Source: Octopus bimaculoides (taxonomy: Eukaryota). Taken from it: 64,000 bases of DNA. The notes beneath the pieces were generated by a model, which saw nothing but the letters and a program-made list of their open reading frames with translations, was not told where the DNA came from and did not search any database. This document shows positions 11,185-24,366 of this stretch, piece after piece (within the stretch, counting starts at the first letter, position 1; the number at the start of each line of letters is the position of its first letter). The position numbers and the translations under genes are program-made. The stretch spans positions 60,617,632-60,681,631 of the forward strand of contig NC_068988.1 in the NCBI RefSeq assembly GCF_001194135.2, read 5' to 3'.

Positions 11185-11487
11185 ATAGGCGAACTGGCAG
11201 AATCGTTAGCCCGACGGGCGAAATGCATAATGGTATTTTGTCTGCCGCTACGTTCTGAGTTCAAATTCCGCCGAGATCGACTTTGCCTTTCATCCTTTCG
11301 GGGTGGAGTGGCTGTGTGGTAGGTAACTTGCTTACCAACCACATGGTTCCGCATTCAGTTCCACTGCGTGACACCTTGGGCAAGTGTCTTCTTACTATAG
11401 CTTCGGGCCGACCAAAGTCTTGTGAGTAGATTTGGTAGACGGAAACTGGAAGAAGCCCTAACCATTGGGCCATTGCGCATCCACGGC
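11185..11487 (+). mobile_element. Composite of three SINE pieces: family B 5' half, family A 5' half, short inverted family C head
   Basis: B head to CTTTCGGGG (~11303) joins directly to GGAGTGGCTGTGTGG (A head); after GAAGAAGCCC comes TAACCATTGGGCCATTGCGCATCCAC (reverse C head). Confidence 0.8.
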
Positions 11488-12382
11488 AGTGAATGTAGCT
11501 AGCTTTGGTATGACTGAAAACTTCATATGCTACTAACTGCCGAAAAATGTTAGTATATCGTTAGGAAAAGAACATTTTAGATCTCGTGTTTTATGAGTAT
11601 TTTTTAGACGTTATGGAGCAGTTGTAGGAAGATTTGACTGCTATATTTAGTAGTTCGAGAGACCACGTTAAGTATTCACTTTCGTTGTCACATCTTTGTG
11701 TGTTTACTGTACCCATAGAAACAGTGGACGCGGCTTCCGTCAACAATGGTGGTTCCGATTTGTTAAATGTATATAATTTTAAATACTCATACCTTATTTA
11801 ATTTCTACAAAAAATTAATGTGATTCTCATCATGCAAAACTACATCAATATAGAAAACTTTAAAAAATCTGGTGAAAATTTGAAATAATTTAAGTGATTG
11901 GAAGAGCTTTAAAAAGACTCAAATTATTTTGTATTTTGATATTTCAGACAGAGTTCTTTCTCACTCTTGATGAAGAATCCAGCTCAAAACTTAAGCTTTT
12001 TGTTTCTTCTTTACATCGTTTATTTCCATTTGTGAACTCTGTGCAATAAATAGCTGAGGACTCCATTTGCACCCATATTCGTAGACAGAATTTGTGTGTG
12101 ACTGTGTGTCAAAAGTTTGCCTTTACGAATCACGAGTATTTACCATCTGACAAACCTCTTTATAATTTCGTCTGTTCACAAGGCCTGAGTCGGTCGGAGA
12201 TTAGTATTGAAAATATATGCCGCATGATCGCTTTGCAATCACGTGGCATATATCTTCAACAATTTGGCTTTGCTTTCATACATGTCAATACACACACACA
12301 CACACACACACACATGCACACACACGCATGTATGGATATATTCATGGGCGTCTGTGCATACATGCATACATACATACATACA

Positions 12383-12419
<37 letters not shown>

Positions 12420-13266
12420 TGATAAAAATGTGAAGAAGTGACACCATTTACAATTTTTTCCTTTCATTCTTCCGCCCTCTACCCCCATCCTTCCTCAGTT
12501 CTGCAACGTTTCCATTTACGTCCATTGGGATTGAACTTGTTTGGCAAGTTAAAGAAAATAATATATTTAATTTTTTTTTATATCATCATTTCGAAGCACC
12601 TATTAAATGAACCACAATTTAGCTGCAGCTAAGCGCGCTATTTTAATAACAATCTCCAGCGATTTGCCTTATCAGTTGATGCTTGATACCCTGGTTGGTG
12701 GAGCGTAAAAAATGGCGTCCGTTACTACCAATGGTAGTATTTATGAATTCACGTCTTCAGCTTTGATCTTTGCTATGTATTCATGAGAAATGCTGTTTTT
12801 TGTTTGAATGATGAAAACAACGTTACAATGAACATATCTCAGTGAAAAATAATAATATTTTACCATCACTAACGAATATTTTCATGTAAATATGTTTTTT
12901 TAGTCATAAGCCATTTCAGAAAAATCTTTAAAAAATGAAAAATGGGGAAGAAATGAATATAGAAGAAAATGCAATAATATGTTATTCCCAAATCAGTCAC
13001 AGTTCGTTCTAGCCGGTTATTAAAACACAATGAAGAACAATAATGGAAATTCTTCTCACTATATATCTTATTTTATTTAATAAAAACACTGGATGTGTAT
13101 ATATTTGTATGTGTATGTGTATGTGTATGTATATGCGCATATGTGTGTATTACAACACTACAGCGCACGTATGTGCGGATACAGAACCCCACCTCCATAG
13201 AGACGTGAATACGCGGACTTGTAATTCTTTTTATTTAATATGCACATTGAAAGGGCATATACGTAA

Positions 13267-13298
<32 letters not shown>

Positions 13299-16200
13299 NN
13301 NNNNNNNNNNNNNNNNNNNNNNNNNNNNNNNNNNNNNNNNNNNNNNNNNNNNNNNNNNNNNNNNNNNNNNNNNNNNNNNNNNNNNNNNNNNNNNNNNNNN
13401 NNNNNNNNNNNNNNNNNNNNNNNNNNNNNNNNNNNNNNNNNNNNNNNNNNNNNNNNNNNNNNNNNNNNNNNNNNNNNNNNNNNNNNNNNNNNNNNNNNNN
13501 NNNNNNNNNNNNNNNNNNNNNNNNNNNNNNNNNNNNNNNNNNNNNNNNNNNNNNNNNNNNNNNNNNNNNNNNNNNNNNNNNNNNNNNNNNNNNNNNNNNN
13601 NNNNNNNNNNNNNNNNNNNNNNNNNNNNNNNNNNNNNNNNNNNNNNNNNNNNNNNNNNNNNNNNNNNNNNNNNNNNNNNNNNNNNNNNNNNNNNNNNNNN
13701 NNNNNNNNNNNNNNNNNNNNNNNNNNNNNNNNNNNNNNNNNNNNNNNNNNNNNNNNNNNNNNNNNNNNNNNNNNNNNNNNNNNNNNNNNNNNNNNNNNNN
13801 NNNNNNNNNNNNNNNNNNNNNNNNNNNNNNNNNNNNNNNNNNNNNNNNNNNNNNNNNNNNNNNNNNNNNNNNNNNNNNNNNNNNNNNNNNNNNNNNNNNN
13901 NNNNNNNNNNNNNNNNNNNNNNNNNNNNNNNNNNNNNNNNNNNNNNNNNNNNNNNNNNNNNNNNNNNNNNNNNNNNNNNNNNNNNNNNNNNNNNNNNNNN
14001 NNNNNNNNNNNNNNNNNNNNNNNNNNNNNNNNNNNNNNNNNNNNNNNNNNNNNNNNNNNNNNNNNNNNNNNNNNNNNNNNNNNNNNNNNNNNNNNNNNNN
14101 NNNNNNNNNNNNNNNNNNNNNNNNNNNNNNNNNNNNNNNNNNNNNNNNNNNNNNNNNNNNNNNNNNNNNNNNNNNNNNNNNNNNNNNNNNNNNNNNNNNN
14201 NNNNNNNNNNNNNNNNNNNNNNNNNNNNNNNNNNNNNNNNNNATATATATATATATATATAACTATACGTACGTATGAATATGTACACGCACACAGACAC
14301 ACGCGCGCACATACATATCTCCACTTTCGGTTATGAGTCTCTTTGTGTTCGCTGAGTTTTTTTTTGTTTTTTTTTTGTGCCGAATTTCTCTGTCGGTTTA
14401 TTTCCCCTCTGTGGGAATGCGTAATTATGTAACCACCCAATTACACTGAAAGATCTTGTGCTCAGTCGGGCGCGATCTGCCTATCTTTGTAAGATATTCA
14501 ACCGATTGCTAGCAAGCAACATCATCCTTTCTTTCTCTTATCCAATGTCTTTTCACACCGTTTTAGAATTATTGCTAACTTAGTTCTTTTATTTATGTCG
14601 TTTTTCCACAGAATTCTTTCTGTCGGTAAAAGAAAAATGGACGCTTCTAAAGTGAAATAACTGTCAAACGATTTTTCTTTCGCGTTAATGTGTGTTGAAC
14701 ATTTATACCTCATACGATAAACGCATTCCGATGATAATCTCACCTAGGAATCATTCACCTTCTTTGTTTGTTTGTTTGTTTGTTTGTTTGTTTGTTTCTT
14801 TCTTTCTTTCTTTCGTTCTTTCTTTCTTTCTTTCTTTCTTTCATTTCATCATTATATCTTTTCTTCTTCCTCCGTCCCCATTCTCTTACTTTTTCTGCTC
14901 TTTTCTTTCCTTTTTTCCTTCCTTTCATTCTTTTTTTCATTTTTTTTTCTTGACATCTACCACCCTCTTCATTGTCTACACTACAGCCGCCACCGTCACC
15001 ACCACCATCCCCACCGCCACCACTATTATCACCACCTCCANNNNNNNNNNNNNNNNNNNNNNNNNNNNNNNNNNNNNNNNNNNNNNNNNNNNNNNNNNNN
15101 NNNNNNNNNNNNNNNNNNNNNNNNNNNNNNNNNNNNNNNNNNNNNNNNNNNNNNNNNNNNNNNNNNNNNNNNNNNNNNNNNNNNNNNNNNNNNNNNNNNN
15201 NNNNNNNNNNNNNNNNNNNNNNNNNNNNNNNNNNNNNNNNNNNNNNNNNNNNNNNNNNNNNNNNNNNNNNNNNNNNNNNNNNNNNNNNNNNNNNNNNNNN
15301 NNNNNNNNNNNNNNNNNNNNNNNNNNNNNNNNNNNNNNNNNNNNNNNNNNNNNNNNNNNNNNNNNNNNNNNNNNNNNNNNNNNNNNNNNNNNNNNNNNNN
15401 NNNNNNNNNNNNNNNNNNNNNNNNNNNNNNNNNNNNNNNNNNNNNNNNNNNNNNNNNNNNNNNNNNNNNNNNNNNNNNNNNNNNNNNNNNNNNNNNNNNN
15501 NNNNNNNNNNNNNNNNNNNNNNNNNNNNNNNNNNNNNNNNNNNNNNNNNNACCGCCAACACCAAAACTCCACTATCATATCCACTACCATCAAAACCACC
15601 ACAACCGTAGCCCCCGCCACAACCAGATCCTCCACAAACAGGCTTTAAGATACTTTCGTTTCTATAATTAGTTTGTGGAGTTGGTCAAAATGTGTCTGAG
15701 CGAATCTCTTTGTTAAGCTGATTTCACGGATACGTGATTGCACATAGTGTAAACGTCTTTTTTTTTTTTTTTCATTGAACACTACCACAAGTGCCGCCAT
15801 TGATTTCATTATACCACCACCATAACTCTCACTACGACAGTTAACACCGCCACCACCACACCCACCGCCGCCGCCGCAACTATTTCCAGAAACCGTTTCA
15901 TTACTATTGCAAGTTAACGAGGGAGCCTCTGTACTTTATCACCTGGCATGCTAGAAATAGTTGCTACATCACACCCTATCGCATCTCAAAAGACGGACGT
16001 GCAGGATAATTCTTTGCTATAGGAATTAGAGAGGATGGTCTCGGATAGCACACCTTAGATCATTGGTCTATTCGATCATGGATGACGTAGTGATGAGAAA
16101 CAATAACAACATCTGCCACCACTACTGTCATCGTAATCACAGTTACGATATCTTCCTTTTCAATCTTTCTTACCTCTTCCTTCACCTCCTCTTTAGCTAC

Positions 16201-16799
16201 AGCAATAACAACATTAAGCTAATGAAGAAAGCTTCTACATGGCCGTTGGATATGCTGAACCACTCCATACGATAAAAATCTGTACATCACAATGACTAGG
16301 GTGGTCTGAAACACCAGTATATCTGGAACACTAAATAAATGTACCACGTCACCTAGTCGTTCAGCAGATTACATATGATTTATAGATTAGCTGGATTAGC
16401 ACTGATTGTCAATACAAAATCACATACGCTGTGCTACACACAGACATGTTTACACACAAATACATACTTCACAACCTTTGAGGTAATGGAAAAAAAAAGA
16501 CTAGAACTCGTGTCGAAATGTAGACGTGTACGTAAGCATCTTTTAAAGTACAAATTACAAATAGGATTATAACCTATTTTCTATTCTCGTTTCACCTTTT
16601 GCATCCAATTTCTTGTTTCTTTTCTTGTGTTTTCCCATAGACCAGTATCCTGGTTTTCAAAATGACTAGCCATACATACTTGAACCAGAAGGATTGCTTG
16701 CAGGCACGATATATAAATCTGCCGAATTATTGTGTTTCCACAACATGAAACTACTAGTAGCTCATATTTAAATACTGTGTATATTGGCTTCAAATTTTG

Positions 16800-16985
16800 G
16801 TACTAAGCCAGCAAGTTCGAGAAAGGGTATAAGTCGACTGCATAAACCCCAGTGCTCAACTGGTACTTATTTCATCGATCTCCCCAGAAGATGAAACGCA
16901 AAGTGTGAACTCGGTGGAATTTGAACTTAGGACGTAAAAACGGACGAAATACCGCTGAGCATTTTTCCCGTCGTGCAAAAGGCAC
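16800..16985 (-). mobile_element. SINE family B, diverged
   Basis: CCCCAGTGCTCAACTGGTACTTATTTCATCGA..GGAATTTGAACTTAGGACGT..GAAATACCGCTGAGCATTT. Confidence 0.8.
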
Positions 16986-17610
16986 TCTATATTTAATGAT
17001 ATATATATATATNNNNNNNNNNNNNNNNNNNNNNNNNNNNNNNNNNNNNNNNNNNNNNNNNNNNNNNNNNNNNNNNNNNNNNNNNNNNNNNNNNNNNNNN
17101 NNNNNNNNNNNNNNNNNNNNNNNNNNNNNNNNNNNNNNNNNNNNNNNNNNNNNNNNNNNNNNNNNNNNNNNNNNNNNNNNNNNNNNNNNNNNNNNNNNNN
17201 NNNNNNNNNNNNNNNNNNNNNNNNNNNNNNNNNNNNNNNNNNNNNNNNNNNNNNNNNNNNNNNNNNNNNNNNNNNNNNNNNNNNNNNNNNNNNNNNNNNN
17301 NNNNNNNNNNNNNNNNNNNNNNNNNNNNNNNNNNNNNNNNNNNNNNNNNNNNNNNNNNNNNNNNNNNNNNNNNNNNNNNNNNNNNNNNNNNNNNNNNNNN
17401 NNNNNNNNNNNNNNNNNNNNNNNNNNNNNNNNNNNNNNNNNNNNNNNNNNNNNNNNNNNNNNNNNNNNNNNNNNNNNNNNNNNNNNNNNNNNNNNNNNNN
17501 NNNNNNNNNNNNNNNNNNNNNNNNNNNNNNNNNNNNNNNNNNNNNNNNNNNNNNNNNNNNNNCGTGTGTGTGTGTGTTTGTGTGTGTGTATACATACATA
17601 CATAGATATA

Positions 17611-17643
<33 letters not shown>

Positions 17644-17975
17644 ATATAAGATTTATAATGATAAGGAGAATGGAGATTTTTGCATCCGTATATATATATA
17701 TATATATATATTTAGTTTACTGTTTCGTTTCAATATATATATATATGTATGTGTTCATATATATATATATACATATACACACACACACACACACATATAC
17801 ATGCATATTTTTAGTTTTGTGTGAATGCATGCTTGGGCATGTGTGCATTTTATTTATTTGATTGCTTTTGTATATGTTTATTACTGTGTGTTGACGCATG
17901 AGTATGTTTAAATGCCGGATGTTGCATTATGATGTATGTATAAATTTAGGTAATATGTGTCTGTGTGTATGTGTG

Positions 17976-18014
<39 letters not shown>

Positions 18015-19037
18015 TATATGTTATCTATATACGCATACATACATGTATGTATATACATGCACACATGCACACACAAACATACATGTGCACGCAAATATTT
18101 ATAAATATGGTGCCGGAAATTTATGATAAAACCCAAACATACGATTGTCCTCTACTGAAAGTCATTTCCGGCAGTGAGCTTTCGATCAATGACCAAACTG
18201 GCTCATAACGTGAACATTTTGAGGTCATAAAACATTAAACGTAACATCAACAGCTAATAATGAACAGATGCCATTGTAAGATGGTGTGTATTCCAGAGCA
18301 TTTTACAACTCCTATTAGCTGGTTTACATGGCTATGTGGTTAAGAAGCTTCTTTTGCAGCCACATAGTATCAGGTTCACTTCCACTGCAGGCACATACGG
18401 CAAATGTCTTCTAATATAGACCTGAAAGTCCAGCATAATGCGATTGCTGTGACAAGAAGATATGGACTTCCAGCGTTGATATGAAATATTAATTTCATTA
18501 ATTTTGTTTCAAACTAATTTCCCTTTCATTACAACACTCGCAGTAATACCCGTCGTTGATCGGGTAATTACTTTTACTCTTTCTCGGGAGCCACATTCAA
18601 AGTGTCATTATATATATATAGATCTACTCCTCCTGTATGTAATAAAAATCATGTAATAATTGAAGTAGAAAAAAGATCAATTTCATACACGAACTTCTGT
18701 TTGTTTATTATATGACAATAATAAGTGAGTTGCATGTGTTATTTTATATATCAATACAGTAATGGCAATTATATAGATACACAAGACTTTGGCCGGCACG
18801 GAGCTGTAATAAAAGGGAATTGCCCAACGTGCCGCACAGTAGGACCGAACAGAAGGCGACATAGCTTGAAAGCAAGCTTCTCAACCACACATCCACGCCT
18901 ATAAAGTAGAGATACATTTTGGATAATATACTCCTTGATACAATACGCTTAACAAAAAGATAGGTTGTTTACGGCGAGAAGACCTTTTATGTTAATATTT
19001 ACTCGATCAGCGAAACAACTATTAACACTACGCTATA

Positions 19038-19523
19038 CAGGGTGTTCCAAAATTAACTATCCATTTCATTGAAATTGAGCAAATTTTAAAAAGAACTGTC
19101 AGAATTTTATGTTTATTACCAAAACAAATAGATTTATAAATCTTACGTCAAACTTTTATTGAAAATTTTCAACATGCCTGTATCCCTGCATACTTCAAAT
19201 CTCTCCTTAGCGTTGTGAAACACATTTTGAAGCATTTCAGGATTTAGCTCCTGGACTGCTAACTGAATGTGTTCTTTAAGCTCAGCTAAACGATTGCTCC
19301 ATCTTGGGAATGGAGGTAAAGAAAATGATTGCTGCCAAATTGAAAAGAAAAGCTGTCATGAACAAACAAGAGGGATCCAACAGGAATGAAAATAAAATTA
19401 TAAACAAAATTCAAAATTTATTCACTTTCAACACATATTAAACATGATAAACATAAATGAAAGGGAATTTTTTTAAAATGCACCCGATTTCACTCAAATC
19501 ATCATTAATTCTGGGACACTCTG
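19038..19523 (-). mobile_element. Internally deleted Tc1/mariner element with TIRs and TA TSD
   Basis: TA|CAGGGTGTTCCAAAATTAA ... TTAATTCTGGGACACTCTG|TA; minus frame keeps the transposase C-terminus ELKEHIQLAVQELNPEMLQNVFHNAKERFEVC. Confidence 0.85.
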
Positions 19524-19916
19524 TATTTACTCGTCCGAATAAACGGAGGAAGGAACACGGGTCGCAGGACTAATTGCAGGTGGCAAGCGTAGCTTCCGGA
19601 AATGGTCACCCAGTCAAACTCAAATGGCTGTGAGTCACAACAGCAGTTTGTTTTTCTTTTTTTTGTATGAACATTTTGCATTATATAGTTCAGACATGGA
19701 TGACATAGAAAGCAGAAATGCTGCCAGGCCATGCCGCGTTGCACAGGATTGGAAATGTGAAACATTAACAGGGCACTTCTGGAGAATGAATGAATGGGTT
19801 TGTTGTGCCTTTATCCAGCCGCACACACACGCATATGACCCGGTGGTGCGCTGGATGGTAACATGAAGCATCAACAAGGCGCCGACAAAAATTTTAATGT
19901 TCTCATNNNNNNNNNN

Positions 19917-20165
19917 AGCAAATTTTAAGAAAGTGACTGGATACTGTTCATGTCTCGGGCCTTAACGCTGCGAAAATGCTTTTAAAATGCGGTTTATCTG
20001 CCTCTGTGCCCTCATTAGGTAAGAAGTTGAAGATTTTTTTGGCCCATGACACTCCATGGACCCTATGTAATGCATGTGTAAAATTTCATTAAAATCGGTT
20101 GGGTGGATCTCGAGTTTTAACGACATGACAAACACACAGACAGACACACATCCTGTGTTTTATAT
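19917..20165 (+). mobile_element. Probable non-autonomous Helitron/Helentron-like 3' segment
   Basis: AAATTTCATTAAAATCGGTTGGGTGG..GACAAACACACAGACAGAC..TTTTATATA resembles the conserved 3' block of invertebrate non-autonomous Helitron-type repeats, from recall. Confidence 0.4.
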
Positions 20166-20166
20166 A

Positions 20167-21445
20167 CAGGGTGTCCCCCCAAAATGTATAGACACTTTAA
20201 ATAATTATAAAGTAGGTGTTTATTAAGATACATTTCATTTCCAAAATTTAATAGAATCTACAGATATAATTTTATTGTTTTGTCAACGCCTGTTTTCAAA
20301 CTGACGTTCTTTCTGGTCCAGGCACTGTTGACAACGCGAAGCAATGGAATTGCAAACATCACCAAACAATTCGTTTGGTATTTGTGTGCATTCTTGTTCG
20401 GTGGTTGCTCTCAAATCAGCGACTGTTGCAGGTTTCACAGCGTAGACTTTGTCTGTTAGGTATCCCCATAAAAAAATTCTAGTGGTGTGAGGTCTGGTGA
20501 ACGCGGAGGGTCTTCAACGAAATCCCTACGCCCAATCCACCTGTTTGGCAAGGGCTCATCAAGGAAGGATGTAACATTGCGATGGTAGAGTGGGAGTGCC
20601 CCATCTTGCTGAAAATAAAACTCCTCATCTTCAAAGTCTTCTCTAAAGCTTGGCATGAGAGATAGTTGCAGTAAGTTCAAGTAAACAGGACCAGTCACAG
20701 TAGCGTCAAAAAGAATGGTCCAATTAATCCTCTTGATGATAAGCCACACAACACTGTAACTCCTGGTAAATTAACATGGTGTTCCACCATAACATGCGGA
20801 TTCTCAGGTCCCCAGTATGTGTGCAATTGTGGCGGTTAATTGAACCATTTAATTTAAATGTGGCCTCTTCACTCCACACAAGCTTTGTTGGAAAGTGTGC
20901 ATCTTCTGCACATCGTGCCAAGCACCACTCGCAATATTACACATCCTAGGTCTGGTTCATTATCATCAATAGCATGGACTAATCTTGGAACGTAACTCTT
21001 CCATTGACAACGTTTCAAAATGCGTTGGAAAGGCGATTTTGAAATACTTACCTCACGACTCGCTTGCCAGACAGATTTTCAGATTTTCTTGGACTTAGGT
21101 GATATGTTTCCAGCACTCTTTCTTGCTTTTTAGGGTTTGTCGATGTTCGTGGTCTTCTGGAATGCTTCTTGTGGACATTCTGAACAGTTCCATTGGCTTC
21201 AAACTTATCTCTAATTCGAGTGATGGTAAGTCGTGTTGGTGGCTCTGTTTGAAGCTCCCTCCTAAATTGTCATTGCACTTCAACTGCGTTTTCACATTTC
21301 CAGTAGTATTTTAGAATGGATGTCCTTTGTTCAAAGCTTAGTCTGACAGCCATTATTAATTTTAATGTATTTGATCTGGAAAGAAAAAAACATTAATTGA
21401 GTTATCAGCTGCTGAAGTGTTTATACATTTCTTTGGGACACCCTT
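20167..21445 (-). mobile_element. Near-complete Tc1/mariner transposon, DD41D (rosa/VS) type
   Basis: Left end TA|CAGGGTGTCCCCCCAAAATGTATAGACACT, right end GTGTTTATACATTTCTTTGGGACACCCT; ~1.28 kb with a decayed transposase. Confidence 0.88.
20283..21353 (-). pseudogene. Transposase pseudogene (HTH/DUF4817-like N-terminus + DDE domain)
   Basis: MAVRLSFEQRTSILKYYWKCENAVEVQ*..; [17 protein letters not shown]; FYFQQDGA; [12 protein letters not shown]; ends QQCLDQKERQFENRR*. 41 residues between QQD and the third acidic position; several stops and frameshifts. Confidence 0.88.
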
Positions 21446-22513
21446 CTTCCAGTTTCGTGTACGAAATCCACTCGCAATTTTTTCGTCGGTTCGGGCTATA
21501 GTAGAAGACACTGGCTCAAGGTTTTATGCAGTGGGACTGAAACCAAGAACACATGGTTAAGAAGTTAGCATCTTTACCAGAGAGCTACGCCTACGCATGC
21601 CCATAAAATTAGCCACTCTGATATTCCTTTTGAAGTTAGTATAAAAACTGCAGAATGTAGCGATACTGTAAACTTTAAAAATACATAAGACTAACTCTCG
21701 AAATGATCTTACTGTTAAATTAATTAACCCACTCTGAAAATTTTCTACTGATGATTAAGAACAAACTCGAGAATATGACTAGTAATAAGATATAACATAG
21801 CGTTTAAAAAATTATAAATATAAATGATGAGCAAGGCATTTAAGATTACAGACAAAGAGAAATACAAAAAATATCAAAAGGTAATCTTTATTTCTTACTT
21901 AATATGGATGCCTTGTTAGAACACTGAATAGTGCATTATTAGCCTGGAGAGGTCCTCTCATATGGGCATTTAGTGCATAAAAGCACAAACGTATCGAAGC
22001 AGACGGGATTCGTCTGCCACAGGCACCGGAATTCCTATATTACGTGATCTCCGTTTATTGGACCTCCTCAGTGGAGAGCACGGTCACTCATGCGAGTAGA
22101 ATCTCACTGCTACGATATATAGCATTTCAGAATATTTTCAGACGATGATATTGCAAATAGCCAGCAGGATAATAAAGAATTAGTTATTAGCGGTGGAAGT
22201 AGCATTAATACCAAAAGGTAATCTTTATATACCTAATCTAACAAAGATACTTTACTTTCACGGGATTCGAAGAGTGAAGTTTCCAAAACCGTCTTCAACA
22301 ATTACCTTTCCAATACACCATCAACGCTTCTGAAAAGACAAGGTTTATTTCCACAGCGAAGCTAAATGTATGCTAATTATATGCACGCATGCAAATGTAT
22401 TTACAACGCTTCTCTACATACACATACGAGTTTCGCTAGCGAATGTACTGATAAGCAAATGAATAAAACCAGTACGTGTAGCTCATATTTTTTTTCATGA
22501 TTGACTATTGATT

Positions 22514-22571
<58 letters not shown>

Positions 22572-22630
22572 TTTCTCTACCCCTCGCTCTCTCTTCCACT
22601 ATCTCTCTCTGCTGTAGTGTGAACTAAGTA

Positions 22631-22677
22631 GACACTCCTGATGAACCGCTAATGACTGGGTGAAACCGTTTGTGTTG
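22631..22677 (+). ncRNA. Degenerate minimal type I hammerhead ribozyme motif
   Basis: GACACTC-CTGATGA(22638-44)-ACC..GGT-GAAA(22662-65)-CCGTT-TGTGTTG; both core boxes intact, stems I-III eroded. Confidence 0.45.
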
Positions 22678-22848
22678 TACCGCGGAGGTATCATTCTATA
22701 GAGTTCAGTTTCAGAAAGTTTCCTGTGGTTTGACCTTCGGATCAAGATCTATTTGTATAGTGATGCTAAACTAATGATGCATTTTTATATAGCATGCACG
22801 TTTAAATTTAACTATAACTTATCCCAAAACACGTTGTTTTAGTACTTT

Positions 22849-22912
<64 letters not shown>

Positions 22913-23447
22913 NNNNNNNNNNNNNNNNNNNNNNNNNNNNNNNNNNNNNNNNNNNNNNNNNNNNNNNNNNNNNNNNNNNNNNNNNNNNNNNNNNNNNNNN
23001 NNNNNNNNNNNNNNNNNNNNNNNNNNNNNNNNNNNNNNNNNNNNNNNNNNNNNNNNNNNNNNNNNNNNNNNNNNNNNNNNNNNNNNNNNNNNNNNNNNNN
23101 NNNNNNNNNNNNNNNNNNNNNNNNNNNNNNNNNNNNNNNNNNNNNNNNNNNNNNNNNNNNNNNNNNNNNNNNNNNNNNNNNNNNNNNNNNNNNNNNNNNN
23201 NNNNNNNNNNNNNNNNNNNNNNNNNNNNNNNNNNNNNNNNNNNNNNNNNNNNNTCGCAGGCCCCTACCAGAAGCCCGCCTTTTTCAGGCTTTGGGTTGCT
23301 GAACGGTGAGATACAGGAAGTCCAAGATGCCTACCTAAAGACAGGTTGATATTGGTCAAGGCGGGTCACATGATGTCAAAGAATATCAATCGCTCAGTTA
23401 CTTTAGAAAGGTATGTATCTACCTACCTACATACATACATACATACA

Positions 23448-23492
<45 letters not shown>

Positions 23493-23497
23493 GTCTG

Positions 23498-23541
<44 letters not shown>

Positions 23542-24232
23542 CCTCTTTCAACATATCTGACCATATGATTATTTGCGAAGCAATTCCGCTAGTCTCTCTG
23601 CAAGCAAGTCCATCTGCCTAATGTCTGTGTCTTTCTCTCTGTTTCCTGGTCACTCCCTCCGCACTCTTTCTCCGCAGGCTAGCTTTCAATATTCCACCAA
23701 ACCGTCTATCAATAAATCTAGCCAAGCATTCATTCACCCATACGCAACCCCAAGACCAACCAATCAAGAAACCAACCAACCAACCAACCAACCAACCAAC
23801 CAACCAACCAACCAACCAACCAGCCGACAGTCCAACAAGCCAGCCAGCCAGCCAGCCGGCCAACCGACCCACCGACCCACCTGCCAACTACCCAAACCAA
23901 CAACCACCCATCCATCCACCTGTACGACGTCTGACTGTACAGACCATAATTACATCCACACATGCAGTCATATAAACATCATTAAGTATTTTGCACATAT
24001 TTAAGTTGCTGTCCATGACTAATGATGTTAAAAGTCTCTGCTACGTCTGAAGAAACGAATTTAGCCTAGATACTTCATGCTGTGATTTTGACTTCTTGTA
24101 CATCTAATACTTCCATACTTTCAGTGAACATTAGACTATTTAACACATTTATACACACACGTACACACACATACACACACGCATACGCACGCATATACAG
24201 ACAGGTTGTATATATTTATAATTATATAATTA

Positions 24233-24300
<68 letters not shown>

Positions 24301-24314
24301 ATATATTATATACA

Positions 24315-24366
<52 letters not shown>

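Noticed and set aside
11966-11992. TTGATGA..CAAAAC as a hammerhead
   Set aside because: Both core boxes are mutated and stem II is not supported.
12709-12740. AAAATGGCG (YY1-like / strong start) with ATG GCG TCC.. as a first exon
   Set aside because: Donor GTAGTA is weak, the unspliced frame ends after 24 codons, and no compatible downstream exon was found.
16600-16780. Exon candidates on both strands (plus acceptor TTTTCCCATAG; minus HFENQDTGLWENTRKETRNWMQK)
   Set aside because: Mutually incompatible readings, no homology recognised; cannot be told from chance.
22305-22350. 24-nt minus-strand microexon (TTGTCTTTTCAG|..GAAAG|GTAATT)
   Set aside because: Such short signal pairs arise by chance in AT-rich DNA; no context.
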